From contig JBFWVL010000001.1 in the NCBI GenBank assembly GCA_050246755.1, positions 288,001 through 352,000 of the forward strand: DNA of 64,000 nt, in the 5' to 3' direction. This DNA comes from Bacteriovoracia bacterium (GTDB lineage Bacteria > Bdellovibrionota > UBA1018 > CAIPTA01). Both the position numbers and the translations under genes were made by a program. The notes below the pieces were generated by a model. It was not told the DNA's origin. It was given only the letters and a program-made list of their open reading frames with translations, and did no database searches. Shown here one piece after another: positions 39,670-49,462 of the stretch (position 1 is its first letter; each line of letters starts with the position of its first letter).

Positions 39670-39966
39670 ATGAAAAATCAAATCTTTGCCGTACTAGTCC
39701 TCTCCCTTTCCGCCGCTTCGGCTTTTGCCGCCGGTGAAACCGCCCAAACCGCGGCGCCCGCTTCGCAAAACGAGAAAGTGGAGCTCAAAAAAACCGTGCA
39801 TGCTGATAAAGCTGCCGTAGTGGCCGACCGGAAAAAAATCAGGGACGACGTGAAGCAATACGGAAAAGGCTCCGAGCAAGTGAAGGCCGACCGCAAACAA
39901 ATCCGTGCCGACCGCATTAAGCTGAAAGAAGACCGCGCGAAGAAAAAAGCCGCGAAAAACGGTTAA
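39670..39966 (+). CDS. Small secreted Lys/Asp-rich helical repeat protein
   Basis: Signal peptide; repeats ADRKKIR/ADRKQIR/ADRIKLK; SD AAGGAG. Confidence 0.78.
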   Translation: MKNQIFAVLVLSLSAASAFAAGETAQTAAPASQNEKVELKKTVHADKAAVVADRKKIRDDVKQYGKGSEQVKADRKQIRADRIKLKEDRAKKKAAKNG

Positions 39967-39980
39967 TTCTTACCCTACCA

Positions 39981-40009
39981 AAGGCCCGCACTCGCGGGCC
40001 TTTTCTTTT
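39981..40009 (+). terminator. Intrinsic terminator
   Basis: AAGGCCCGC-ACTC-GCGGGCCTT followed by TTCTTTT. Confidence 0.88.
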
Positions 40010-40028
40010 GTGCTAAGCTCCGAGCAAG

Positions 40029-40415
40029 ATGAAACAGCTAACGGCCCTACTTTTTTGTCTGCTTTTCTCCGGCTGCGTGGGCGGCTCCTTCGGCAATCAC
40101 CAGGATATCGAAGAGTACCCTCTGCGCGGAGCCACGGAAGCCGAGGGAAAACGCCTCAAGCGTTGCCTGCAGCGCGCGTATCGAGTGCAACAAGAGCATA
40201 AGAAAAAAACCGGAAAATTTTATCGCCATAGCTCGGAAATGCCCATAGACGACGCGTGCCAAGGATTCATCTTGGCGCAAAAGCGCACCGAAGAAGGCTA
40301 CGAAATCATGGCGCAATTTCACGAGCAAGAATCCACGGTGCGGTGGACCATCAATGATCAGGGCGTGATCGAAGAACACCTCGATCCCAATGCCGACGCC
40401 GATATCGATTTCTAG
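40029..40415 (+). CDS. Lipoprotein with pilin-head-like segment
   Basis: Lipobox LFSGC; AYRVQQEHKKKTGKF...YEIMAQF...WTINDQG. Confidence 0.68.
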   Translation: MKQLTALLFCLLFSGCVGGSFGNHQDIEEYPLRGATEAEGKRLKRCLQRAYRVQQEHKKKTGKFYRHSSEMPIDDACQGFILAQKRTEEGYEIMAQFHEQESTVRWTINDQGVIEEHLDPNADADIDF

Positions 40416-40472
40416 GGATTGCCTTTTCCGAAAAACTCTTCTACCGATTATAGGAATAACCTTGGAGGGTTT

Positions 40473-41216
40473 ATGAAAAATCTATTTCTAGCGTTCGCTT
40501 TGGCCCTAAGTTCCATCGGCACTGCCCGGGCCGAGGCAAATTTGCCCAGCTCGGTTACCAAGATCTACGAATACTCCTGCCAGAAAAGATTCCTCGAAGG
40601 GGAAGGCGTGGGACCACAAATGCTCAGCTGCGTTCCCTACCAGCACCTCGGTTTTTATCTGGTGAACCAAACGTTTTATCTTTATCAAAACTCCAGCGGC
40701 AGCAACTTTGGGAGCCAGGGACGCGTAGCTCTCTATAATGGAGACATCTGCGGCATCGGCCAGCTCGACAGCTATACTTGCGAAGCGAATCCCCACCTAG
40801 CGTTCGGCGTGTCCGAATTCAATGAAGGCCCTTTCGTGGCGAAGATACATTTGACGGCTTCGCCCCAAGGCATCTCCGGCCCCGTTGGTTTCGTGGCGCT
40901 TCCGGATCGCGTGACCGGCGAGTGCGCCGAAGGCCTGGAAAAATCTTTCGTCTACGGCGCCAAATTCGGACTGATCCAAACTCGCTTCCCCACCAACCTG
41001 CCCCGCGCTGATTTTTTGGATAACTATACGATCCGCTCGGCAGCCCAGGAAAATACGGAAATGCATGACCTCACCCGCATTCCCGCGCTCACTCCTTGTG
41101 CCTCCACCGGCTTTTGCCGCTGGCCCGACGGACGGCCCTATACCGCCGCTTCTACGAGTTACGTGCCCGAAAGCGGCGCCTTCTGCGTGATTCCCGTGGA
41201 TCGCCTCGCCAAATAG
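40473..41216 (+). CDS. Secreted Cys-rich hypothetical protein
   Basis: Signal peptide (ARA), SD GGAGG, eight Cys. Confidence 0.72.
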   Translation: MKNLFLAFALALSSIGTARAEANLPSSVTKIYEYSCQKRFLEGEGVGPQMLSCVPYQHLGFYLVNQTFYLYQNSSGSNFGSQGRVALYNGDICGIGQLDSYTCEANPHLAFGVSEFNEGPFVAKIHLTASPQGISGPVGFVALPDRVTGECAEGLEKSFVYGAKFGLIQTRFPTNLPRADFLDNYTIRSAAQENTEMHDLTRIPALTPCASTGFCRWPDGRPYTAASTSYVPESGAFCVIPVDRLAK

Positions 41217-41308
41217 GGAAAATCAGGCTGGCTTCGTTCTTCGGGGCCGGCCTAACGCTTTGCTTCCCTCTTCTTTACTAGCTCCATCTACTTTGGTAAT
41301 TACTCTGT

Positions 41309-41854
41309 ATGCAAAAATATTTCGCCTTAGCTTTCACGGCTCTATTGTCCATCAGCCTGCTCGCCTGCGGCCCTTCGAAAAAGAAGGATCCCCTAGCGGA
41401 AGATGAGCTTAGTTCCACGGGCAATAGGCAGAGAAACGGCAGGGGCGGAGGGGGTGCCGCTCCCCAGGAGCCGGAAACTTTCGAACAGTACTGCCAGCGC
41501 CTGGAAGGGCGGCTCGCCAACAATGTTTGCCAAATCAAAAAATTCGAATTCTCCGTGAGCGCGCCTAAACAAGAGGAGATGAAGGGCCCTTTTCAGAAGT
41601 TCATCGTCCAGGCCCACCGGGGAATGGTAATTAAAACTATCGGCGACCCTTCGGAAATCGCCTCTCTCTATTTCGCCGGCGGCAACAGCATGACCCACTT
41701 CATGTCCATCGGCGCCCATTTCCAATCGAAACTTCTGCCCCTCGACGTATCGCTCTTCGTGGTGGCGGATATTTGGTACGAAAAGCCCGCGCGCATCCTC
41801 GGCTACGAATGCGTCGATTCCTCGCACAATGTAACGGGCTGCCCGCAGATTTAA
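41309..41854 (+). CDS. Hypothetical lipoprotein
   Basis: Lipobox LLAC, Gly-rich linker, four further Cys. Confidence 0.7.
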   Translation: MQKYFALAFTALLSISLLACGPSKKKDPLAEDELSSTGNRQRNGRGGGGAAPQEPETFEQYCQRLEGRLANNVCQIKKFEFSVSAPKQEEMKGPFQKFIVQAHRGMVIKTIGDPSEIASLYFAGGNSMTHFMSIGAHFQSKLLPLDVSLFVVADIWYEKPARILGYECVDSSHNVTGCPQI

Positions 41855-43543
41855 TTATTTATTGGCGGTGAGGAGATTCTTCACGAGCCCGCTCGAAAAG
41901 AGCTTCTCTTCCGGCAGCTCCGTGGTGCCGTAGATCCTCGTGTATAGATAATCATTCCTCAGGATGGAAACTACGTAGTCGCGGGTTTCCATATAGGGAA
42001 TCAGATCATTCCAGAGCAGAGGATTGGTGTCGCGATTGGGATTTCGCTTGAGCCACTCCACCACTTTCAACGGGCCGGCATTGTAGGCGGCAAGCACGAG
42101 CTCGGCCTGCCCGTCGAATTGGCCCCCTAGCTGCAGCAAGTACTTCACGCCCATCTTCATATTCTCTTTTTCGTTCAGCAATTTGCGGTGTCCCTGGCTG
42201 GCCAAGCGGCGCGCGGTCTGGGGAATGATCTGCATTAAGCCTTTTGCCTTGGCACGGGAAATGGCCTGGGAATCGAAACCGCTCTCCTGACGGATAAGCC
42301 CGAGCACGAGGAAGGCGTCGATCTTCCCCCGGCTCGCCTCCTGCACCATAGTGTAGTACGGGCGAGGATAAAGCAGGCGCAGGCCTTCTTCATTGAGGGC
42401 GGTGGGATTTTTCCGGAAATAGGAAAAGAGCATCGAGATATTGCTGCGGTACATTCCCGAAGCGATTTTCAGCGTGGAAAGGTAGTGGAGCACGTCCACA
42501 TCGAGATTATCATTGGCGCGCACGATCCAGCTCGCCCACTTCGCCACGGCCGTGGGTTTTTTATGCACGTAGAGCGCCTCGAGCCAGCGGATCATGCGGC
42601 TGAGCTCTTTATCCTCGGCCACGTCGCGCTTAAGGGCACCTACTTTGCGCTCGGTGATCATCTTCAGCGGATCCTGCTTTAGCTTCACGGCCGCATCGAT
42701 GCTGTAGAAGGACAGCGGATACTCGGTCATCAAGTCGGACCATTCTTTATTGTCGCCAGCCTTCACGCCCTCTTCGTTGTTGAGGGCCCCAAGCCAATAA
42801 AGAACGCGGTAGCGCTCGGTGGAGTTTTTGGATTTGAGGGCAGTCTTGAGAAACTCGCGGGCCTTCACCTTGTCGCCGTCGTAATACGCGTAGAGGCCTT
42901 GGCGCAGGAAGAGGCGCTCGTACACCACGTCGTCTTCGCTGAGGCACTGGCGGGCATGCTCGAAAAGCTCCCGCGAAAGGGCACGGGCCTTAGGAAAAGG
43001 AAAGTATTCTTCCGCCTTGATCGCGAGGGCGGCCGATAGATTGCGTGGGCAGTCCGCCGTCTTGAGGCTCTTCTCCGCGAGGCTGAAAAGCCGGTACTCG
43101 TTCTCCACCTTGAGGCTGCCCACCAATACGGGAAACGCGAAATGCTGGGCCTGGGGAATATTGGCGTCGGTGATGCGGAAGCGCTTCACTTTCGGCTTGC
43201 GGTGCATGCGCTCACGTTTCGCATCGGAGGCTTGGTCGTGAAAATCGGTTACTAAGCGGCAACTCTCTTCGTCGCGGGCGCAAAGGCGCCGGAAAGCTTG
43301 GCCACGCGAGCCTTGGGAAAGTGAGGTGGCAAAATCTTCCACGGCCTGCTTGAATTCGGCAGGTTTATAGCCAAGATCCGCGGCCAAAGCCTCAGCGGGC
43401 GGAATATTTAAATCGGAAGGGGCAGGTAGTTCGGCGGAGTGCGCAACCAGTCCATGACCGAAAGCGCCCGCAAACGCGAGTGTTACAAAACCCAAAAAAC
43501 TTGGTACGATGATTCGCTGCAAAGCGACAGCCTCCTGCTGCAA
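41855..43543 (-). CDS. Soluble lytic transglycosylase (Slt70-like)
   Basis: Helical N-terminal region, RQESGF, GLMQI, AAYNAG, ETRDYV. Confidence 0.92.
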   Translation of the reverse strand: MQQEAVALQRIIVPSFLGFVTLAFAGAFGHGLVAHSAELPAPSDLNIPPAEALAADLGYKPAEFKQAVEDFATSLSQGSRGQAFRRLCARDEESCRLVTDFHDQASDAKRERMHRKPKVKRFRITDANIPQAQHFAFPVLVGSLKVENEYRLFSLAEKSLKTADCPRNLSAALAIKAEEYFPFPKARALSRELFEHARQCLSEDDVVYERLFLRQGLYAYYDGDKVKAREFLKTALKSKNSTERYRVLYWLGALNNEEGVKAGDNKEWSDLMTEYPLSFYSIDAAVKLKQDPLKMITERKVGALKRDVAEDKELSRMIRWLEALYVHKKPTAVAKWASWIVRANDNLDVDVLHYLSTLKIASGMYRSNISMLFSYFRKNPTALNEEGLRLLYPRPYYTMVQEASRGKIDAFLVLGLIRQESGFDSQAISRAKAKGLMQIIPQTARRLASQGHRKLLNEKENMKMGVKYLLQLGGQFDGQAELVLAAYNAGPLKVVEWLKRNPNRDTNPLLWNDLIPYMETRDYVVSILRNDYLYTRIYGTTELPEEKLFSSGLVKNLLTANK

Positions 43544-43601
43544 ATAGCCAAGCCCCCTTCAACCAAGGGGACTTAATAAAGTTTACGGTTTTGGAACAGA
43601 A

Positions 43602-44708
43602 ATGACAACGCAAAGAGCGGTGATTACATTGGGAAACGGCCAACTGGGCCTAATGCTTGGCAAAGCTGCCAAAAAACTTGGCATTCCTTTCTCTGCCCTC
43701 TCTTTAACCGACGCGTGGACCTGGTTAAACGATACCGTGCCCGGCGGGGACCTCGTCACCTTTGAACAGGAATTCGTAGACGAAACCCTGCTCGCGGCCG
43801 TGCAGGCTAAGGGCGTGGCGTCCTTTCCTTCCTGGAAAAACTTCCTGCTCCTGAAAAGCAAACGCGCACAAAAAAAGTTCCTCAGCGAGAGCAAGATCCC
43901 CACCGCTCCCTTCCTCCTCCTGGACGTCTGGACTCCCGAAGCCGACAAAATGGCCGCTAAAGGAGCCGTGCTGAAGGCGGGCCAAGGCGGATACGACGGA
44001 AAAGGCGTATGGGTACTCGATGCGCAAGGACGCACGAAGAGCGGAGAGCATGCCCGTGACCTACTGGCTAAGATTCGCGAGCCCTACCTCGAGGAACGTA
44101 TCGCATTCACCTGCGAGGCCGCTGCCGTGGTGTGCCGATCGACCACCGGCGAGATCGAGCTTTACCCCACGGTGCGCTCGATCCAGCAGGACGGAATCTG
44201 CTATCAGGTGGAATATACCCGGGAATTCGCCGCTTCTGCGGTAGGGCTCAAAGCCGGGGCAGTGGCCCGCAAAATCGCCGAAGAGCTCAATTACGTGGGC
44301 GTGCTCGCGGTGGAATGCTTCGTGAGAGGGGAAGAAGTTTTGGTGAACGAGATCGCGCCTCGGGTGCATAATTCCGGGCACTTCACCATCGACGTGTGCG
44401 CAGGATCGCAATTTGAAAACCACCTGCGCGCGGGGCTTGGCCTCAAACTCGAAGCCACGAAACCCACGCATCCGGCGGCGCTAATGGTGAACTTGCTCTG
44501 GCCGGCTGCCGAAAAAGAGTTCGCCCCACTTTTCACCCGCCTCACCTGCGGGCCAGACTGGCCGGAAAATGCCAAGCTGCATTGGTACGGAAAATTAGAG
44601 GCCCGCCCTAACCGTAAAATGGGCCATTTCACGGTATACGGAAACACGCTTAGCGAATGCCAAATTACGGCGGAGCAACTACTTGCTTCTCGCTGGTCCA
44701 AAGGGTAA
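43602..44708 (+). CDS. purK: N5-carboxyaminoimidazole ribonucleotide synthase
   Basis: GNGQLG, GYDGKG, NEIAPRVHNSGH, YGK, RKMGH. Confidence 0.95.
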   Translation: MTTQRAVITLGNGQLGLMLGKAAKKLGIPFSALSLTDAWTWLNDTVPGGDLVTFEQEFVDETLLAAVQAKGVASFPSWKNFLLLKSKRAQKKFLSESKIPTAPFLLLDVWTPEADKMAAKGAVLKAGQGGYDGKGVWVLDAQGRTKSGEHARDLLAKIREPYLEERIAFTCEAAAVVCRSTTGEIELYPTVRSIQQDGICYQVEYTREFAASAVGLKAGAVARKIAEELNYVGVLAVECFVRGEEVLVNEIAPRVHNSGHFTIDVCAGSQFENHLRAGLGLKLEATKPTHPAALMVNLLWPAAEKEFAPLFTRLTCGPDWPENAKLHWYGKLEARPNRKMGHFTVYGNTLSECQITAEQLLASRWSKG

Positions 44709-44717
44709 GCAGTAGAA

Positions 44718-45203
44718 ATGAAACAGAATTTTCGCGTGGGCATCGCGATGGGCAGCGATTCCGACTGGCCAATTTTGAAGGCAGCCGCCGACCTACTAGA
44801 GGAATTCGGAGTAGGCTTCGAAAAGCGCGTGGTTTCCGCCCACCGCACCCCCGAAGATATGGCTGATTTCGGGCGCGAAGCCGCTTCTCGCGGGCTGAAA
44901 GTTTTGATCGCTGGCGCCGGTGGAGCGGCCCATCTTCCGGGAATGCTCGCCGCCTATACCTTGCTCCCCGTGATCGGCGTACCCGTTCCCAGCAAACACC
45001 TGCAGGGCCTCGATAGCTTACTCTCCATCGTGCAAATGCCCCCGGGTGTTCCCGTGGCCACGATGGCCATCGGCGGCGCGATGAACGCGGGGCTCCTCGC
45101 GGTGCAAATTCTCGCCCTGGAAGACGCGAGCCTCCGCAAAAAACTCGAAAGCTTTCGCACCAAACAAAGCAAAGCCAGCCGCGTGAAGAATAAAAATATA
45201 TGA
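44718..45203 (+). CDS. purE: N5-CAIR mutase
   Basis: MGSDSD, SAHRTP, AAHLPGM, SIVQMP. Confidence 0.98.
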   Translation: MKQNFRVGIAMGSDSDWPILKAAADLLEEFGVGFEKRVVSAHRTPEDMADFGREAASRGLKVLIAGAGGAAHLPGMLAAYTLLPVIGVPVPSKHLQGLDSLLSIVQMPPGVPVATMAIGGAMNAGLLAVQILALEDASLRKKLESFRTKQSKASRVKNKNI

Positions 45204-46066
45204 AGAGCTTCTTTCTTACCCTACTGCTGCTCGCGGGCGCTTCCGCCTTCGCCGAAGAACAATCCCTCTCCGATCTCTGCTTCGAGAGCATGAAGGCCCT
45301 TCCCGGCAAATCTAAGCTCGATGCGCTCAAAACCGCGTGCGCCTCCGTGGCCGTGCTTCCCGCTTGCCAGAGCGAAAAAGGCGTTAAAATATTTCATTAC
45401 GATCGCGCGGCTAAAGCGGGCGAAAAATCCCCAAAAAAAATCCTCGTGTTCTCGCTCATCCACGGCGACGAATTTCCCTCCGGTTCGGTGGCCCGCTCCT
45501 GGATGGAGCGCATGACCACCGTGGAGCCCCGGAATATCTGGCGCGTGGTTCCGATCCTGAACCCCGACGGCGTGAAAAATAAAACCCGTTATAACGCCAA
45601 CGGCGTGGACGTAAATCGGAATTTCCCCACCAAGGACTGGGACCCCGATGCGCTAAAATATTGGGAAAAGAATACGCATAAAGACAAACGCCGCTATCCC
45701 GGCCCTAAGCCCGCGAGCGAAAAAGAAACTCTCTGCGCGATCGCCCACATCGATGATTTCAATCCCGACCTGATCCTCTCGATCCACACTCCCTACGGAG
45801 TGCTTGATTTCGACGGGCCGAAAATTCCTCCTCCTTCTTTTCCCACCATCCCCTGGAGAAATTTGGGCAACTACCCGGGCAGCCTCGGCCGCTATATGTG
45901 GGTAGATCGCTCTAAGCCCATTCTCACGGTGGAACTGCACGGCAAAGGCGTGGTGGAAAAGTTAGATCGCTTCGACCGCCTACAGGACATTGGCGGCGAC
46001 ATCGCCATCAAAGCGGAAAAAACTCTCAAGGATAAAGAGCCGCCTAAACCGAAGAGCCAAAAATGA
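45200..46066 (+). CDS. Secreted M14 zinc carboxypeptidase (murein peptide amidase MpaA-like)
   Basis: [29 protein letters not shown]. Confidence 0.88.
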   Translation: MKSFFLTLLLLAGASAFAEEQSLSDLCFESMKALPGKSKLDALKTACASVAVLPACQSEKGVKIFHYDRAAKAGEKSPKKILVFSLIHGDEFPSGSVARSWMERMTTVEPRNIWRVVPILNPDGVKNKTRYNANGVDVNRNFPTKDWDPDALKYWEKNTHKDKRRYPGPKPASEKETLCAIAHIDDFNPDLILSIHTPYGVLDFDGPKIPPPSFPTIPWRNLGNYPGSLGRYMWVDRSKPILTVELHGKGVVEKLDRFDRLQDIGGDIAIKAEKTLKDKEPPKPKSQK

Positions 46067-47106
46067 GCCGAGAGCCCGATCCGATTCCGGCCCCCTCCGC
46101 CGGGGCCGAGCTCGCCAAAAAAATTTCGCTCACTCTCGAGACCAAACGCCTCATCGGGGAGATCGAGAAAGAAGTGGAGGGCCTGAACTGGCAGGTGACC
46201 GATCGCTTCGGCGCCGCTCCCACCCTCGCGGCGCCCGCGCACCATTTGCTCTCGGCCGGCGGCAAACGCGTACGCCCTCTCCTCATCGCCCTCCTCACCC
46301 GCGCCCTCGACCAGGCCTTTGAACGCGTTGCCTCCTGCGCGGTGGCCGCCGAGCTCGTGCATACCGCCACCCTTCTCCACGACGATATCCTCGATGGCGC
46401 CACCACCCGTCGCAACCGCATCACGGCCCACCTGAAATACGGCGCGCATACCGCGATCCTTTCCGGCGATGCCCTGCTCGCGAAAGCCATCTCCGATATG
46501 GCCGAGCTCGGCGATCCTGAGATTCTCAAGCGCCTCGCCCAAACTGTGCGCGAGCTCGTGGAGGGCGAATGCCTCCAGGCCGACCTCATGGGAAAGGTGC
46601 ATGGCGACGTGGATGCCGTGCTCGAAATCGCGCGCCGGAAAACCGCCTCGCTCTTCGCCTGGAGCGGATGGGTAACTGGGCACCGCGCCGGCCGTTTCGC
46701 CGATGATCTTTTCCGTTTCGGAACCCACCTTGGGCTCGCTTTCCAGCTCCTCGACGATATCCTCGACTGGGAATCCAACCAGGCCGGCAAACCGCGTTAT
46801 GGTGACTTGCACGAGAGGAAACTCAACGCGCTCGGCGCCATGCTCGTGAAAAAATCCAAACGCGCGGGCAGCCTGATCGAAGGTTCGTTCTCGCAGGCCG
46901 ATGCGCAAGGTTATATTCCGAATCCCGAAGCCCTCGGGACCGCCTTGCAGGCCTGTGAAGAGTATCCGGAGGTGCTCAAGTGGGCCCGCAAAGAAGCGGC
47001 CGACCATAGCGCCTTCGCGCTCGCCCACCTCGATAAGCTTCCCGAGTCCGTATGGCGCAGCCTCACACGCCAGCTCACCGCTTCTTTGCTGGAGCGCATG
47101 AAATGA
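46063..47106 (+). CDS. Polyprenyl diphosphate synthase
   Basis: GGKRVRP, LHDDILD, RR, KTASLF, FQLLDDILD. Confidence 0.93.
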   Translation: MSREPDPIPAPSAGAELAKKISLTLETKRLIGEIEKEVEGLNWQVTDRFGAAPTLAAPAHHLLSAGGKRVRPLLIALLTRALDQAFERVASCAVAAELVHTATLLHDDILDGATTRRNRITAHLKYGAHTAILSGDALLAKAISDMAELGDPEILKRLAQTVRELVEGECLQADLMGKVHGDVDAVLEIARRKTASLFAWSGWVTGHRAGRFADDLFRFGTHLGLAFQLLDDILDWESNQAGKPRYGDLHERKLNALGAMLVKKSKRAGSLIEGSFSQADAQGYIPNPEALGTALQACEEYPEVLKWARKEAADHSAFALAHLDKLPESVWRSLTRQLTASLLERMK

Positions 47107-48224
47107 GCGAGAGCCGCGTTCTTCCCGCCCGCGACAGCTTCGTGCGCCAGGTATTGCGGGATTTTCGCGTGGTGGAAAATGGGCGCCAGTGGATCGCGCG
47201 CCTCCGCGGCGAAGGCCGTTTCCCCTCGTCCGTTTTCCCCGAGCTCGCCAAGGACCGCCAAGTTTTAGTGGAGCTTATTCCGCTGGCGGAATGGGAAAGG
47301 CCGAATTTTTTCGCGCGCTGGACCCAGGCGCTCCGCCTCCCCTACCTACTCTTCAGCGTTCTTCCGCTCCTGCTCGTGCTGGCCGAGGCCGTTACGATTC
47401 AGCGAACTCCCTCCCTCCTTAATGCGGCCCTGCTTTCGGCCTCGCTGATCCTCATCCACCTCGGCTGCAACCTCTGGGGCGAGTATGAAGATCATCTCCG
47501 CGGCGTAGATTCTCCCGAACACCTCAGCGGCAGCGGCGTGATCCAAAAGCTCTGGATCCCGGCGATTCATTTGCGCAATGGCGGTGCCGCGCTGTTTCTG
47601 AGCGGCTGCCTGCTTGGAGTTTTTCTATTCCTGAACCTTCCCTGGTCTATCGTGGGCAGCCACCTAATCTGGATCGGGCTACTGGGCGCGCTGGGGGCCG
47701 CGAGCTATAGCGGCTGGCCATTCCACTATAAATATTTCGGTCTCGGGGAGCCGATCGTATTTTTTCTCAGCGGGCCGATCGTAACTTTAGGCGCCGCCCT
47801 GATCTGCACCTATGATACCAGCCGGATTCTTTGGTACGCTCTCACTTCGCTGCCCCTTTCTTTTCTAGCCGTGCTGCGCCTCCACGGCGGAAATATCCAG
47901 CGCGTGCCGGTAGACACTAGCGCCGGCGTGTTCACGATCGCCCGTTTTCTGGGATTCCGCTGGTCGAAATGGGCCTACGGCTTCCTCCTCCTCGCGCCCT
48001 TCGCCACGGTGGTATTGCTCGCCTTCTTCTGGCAGGCCCCGCGGGAATCTCTCCTGGTATTCGCCTCCTTTCCTCTCTCTGTGCTGGCCCTGCGGATTCT
48101 TCCCAAGGTAAAAGGCCCGCTCGATCCCGGCTTCCATGAGCTGCGCAACCTCGCCGTTCAGCTCCATTTTTCTTTTGGTCTCTTTTATAGCCTTGGTTTT
48201 TTGTTCCCCTTTTTTCTCGAATGA
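47103..48224 (+). CDS. menA: MenA-like UbiA prenyltransferase with N-terminal extension
   Basis: LRLP, NLWGEYEDHLRGVD, YKYFGLGE, D.SAG..T. Confidence 0.75.
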   Translation: MSESRVLPARDSFVRQVLRDFRVVENGRQWIARLRGEGRFPSSVFPELAKDRQVLVELIPLAEWERPNFFARWTQALRLPYLLFSVLPLLLVLAEAVTIQRTPSLLNAALLSASLILIHLGCNLWGEYEDHLRGVDSPEHLSGSGVIQKLWIPAIHLRNGGAALFLSGCLLGVFLFLNLPWSIVGSHLIWIGLLGALGAASYSGWPFHYKYFGLGEPIVFFLSGPIVTLGAALICTYDTSRILWYALTSLPLSFLAVLRLHGGNIQRVPVDTSAGVFTIARFLGFRWSKWAYGFLLLAPFATVVLLAFFWQAPRESLLVFASFPLSVLALRILPKVKGPLDPGFHELRNLAVQLHFSFGLFYSLGFLFPFFLE

Positions 48225-48235
48225 AAGGATTCTCC

Positions 48236-49357
48236 ATGAAACTGCTCGCGCTCCTGATCATTTGCCTCACCCTACCGGCCTGCCAAAAAGGCAGCACCAA
48301 GCAAGCCACACCCGACGACGCCGCCAACGCCTCGGCTCCAGCTTCCGCTGTGCCCACTCCCGCGAACCTCCTCTATCCCGGCGAAGAGAAACATCTGAAA
48401 AACGTGAAGCAGCTCACCTTCGGTGGGCAAAATGCGGAAGCCTACTTCTCGGCCGACGGCAAATGGCTCATTTTCCAGAGTGAGCGCGACGGCTACCCTT
48501 GCGATCAAATGTACGTGATGCGCACCGACGGCTCCCAGCTCCGTCGCGTCTCGAACGGCCAAGGCCGCGTGACCTGCGGCTATATCATCGGCGACGACCC
48601 CATCTCTCCCAACCCCGACCAGGTGATCTTCTCCTCCACCCACGATCACGGCGCCGAATGCCCCGCCAAACCCGACTACTCCAAAGGCTACGTGTGGCCG
48701 ATCTACGAAAGCTTCGAAATGTATACGGAGAAATTCGGTGGCGGAAAGCTCAACCGCCTCACCAATAATAAATTCTACGATGCCGAAGCCACCGTTTCCC
48801 CGGACCAAAAAGAAGTGGTGTTCACCAGCACCCGCGACGGCGACCTCGATCTCTACGTGATGAACGTGGACGGCTCGAAAGTACGCCGCGTGACCAAGGA
48901 ACTCGGTTACGACGGCGGCGCCTTCTTCTCGCACGACGGCGAAAAATTAATCTACCGCGCCTACCATCCCCAAACGGCCGCGGAGAAAAAATCCTACAAG
49001 GAAGACCTGAAAAATAATCTCTACCGCCCCACCTGGCTCGAGCTCTTCATCATCGGCAAAGACGGCAAGAATAAGCGCCAGATCACCAACCTCAAGGGCG
49101 GCACTTTCGCGCCCTTTTTGTTCCCCAACGACAAGCGCGTGATCTTCGCCTCGAACTACAAAAATCCCCGCGGACGCCAGTTCAATATCTACGCGATCGA
49201 TCTCGACGGGAAAAATCTCGAGCAGATCACCGATAGCGGCACCTTCGACTCCTTCCCCATGTTCTCGCCCGACGGCAAGAAGCTCGTGTGGGCTTCGAAC
49301 CGGAACGGCAAAGAGAAGCACGAGACGAATATCTTCATCGCGGACTGGATCGAATAG
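48236..49357 (+). CDS. TolB-like PD40 beta-propeller lipoprotein
   Basis: Lipobox LPAC; repeats FSADGK, VSPDQK, FSHDGE, FSPDGK. Confidence 0.9.
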   Translation: MKLLALLIICLTLPACQKGSTKQATPDDAANASAPASAVPTPANLLYPGEEKHLKNVKQLTFGGQNAEAYFSADGKWLIFQSERDGYPCDQMYVMRTDGSQLRRVSNGQGRVTCGYIIGDDPISPNPDQVIFSSTHDHGAECPAKPDYSKGYVWPIYESFEMYTEKFGGGKLNRLTNNKFYDAEATVSPDQKEVVFTSTRDGDLDLYVMNVDGSKVRRVTKELGYDGGAFFSHDGEKLIYRAYHPQTAAEKKSYKEDLKNNLYRPTWLELFIIGKDGKNKRQITNLKGGTFAPFLFPNDKRVIFASNYKNPRGRQFNIYAIDLDGKNLEQITDSGTFDSFPMFSPDGKKLVWASNRNGKEKHETNIFIADWIE

Positions 49358-49395
49358 AAATTTGCGGCGCCGCAAATTTCGTTCGGAATCCGGAC
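49357..49395. repeat. REP-like palindromic element, copy A
   Basis: Perfect 24-bp palindrome GAAATTTGCGGCGCCGCAAATTTC followed by small hairpin GTTCGGAATCCGGAC; related copy at 61792. Confidence 0.7.
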
Positions 49396-49401
49396 ATTCC
49401 C

Positions 49402-49445
49402 AAAATAAAAAAGCCGCTCCCGAAAAGGGGCGGCTTTTTTATTTT
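49402..49445. terminator. Bidirectional intrinsic terminator
   Basis: AAAATAAAAAAGCCGCTCC-loop-GGGGCGGCTTTTTTATTTT between convergent genes. Confidence 0.9.
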
Positions 49446-49462
49446 CACGGATTTAGGATCTT

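Noticed and set aside
43602-45203. purK-before-purE gene order
   Set aside because: A common variation, not novel
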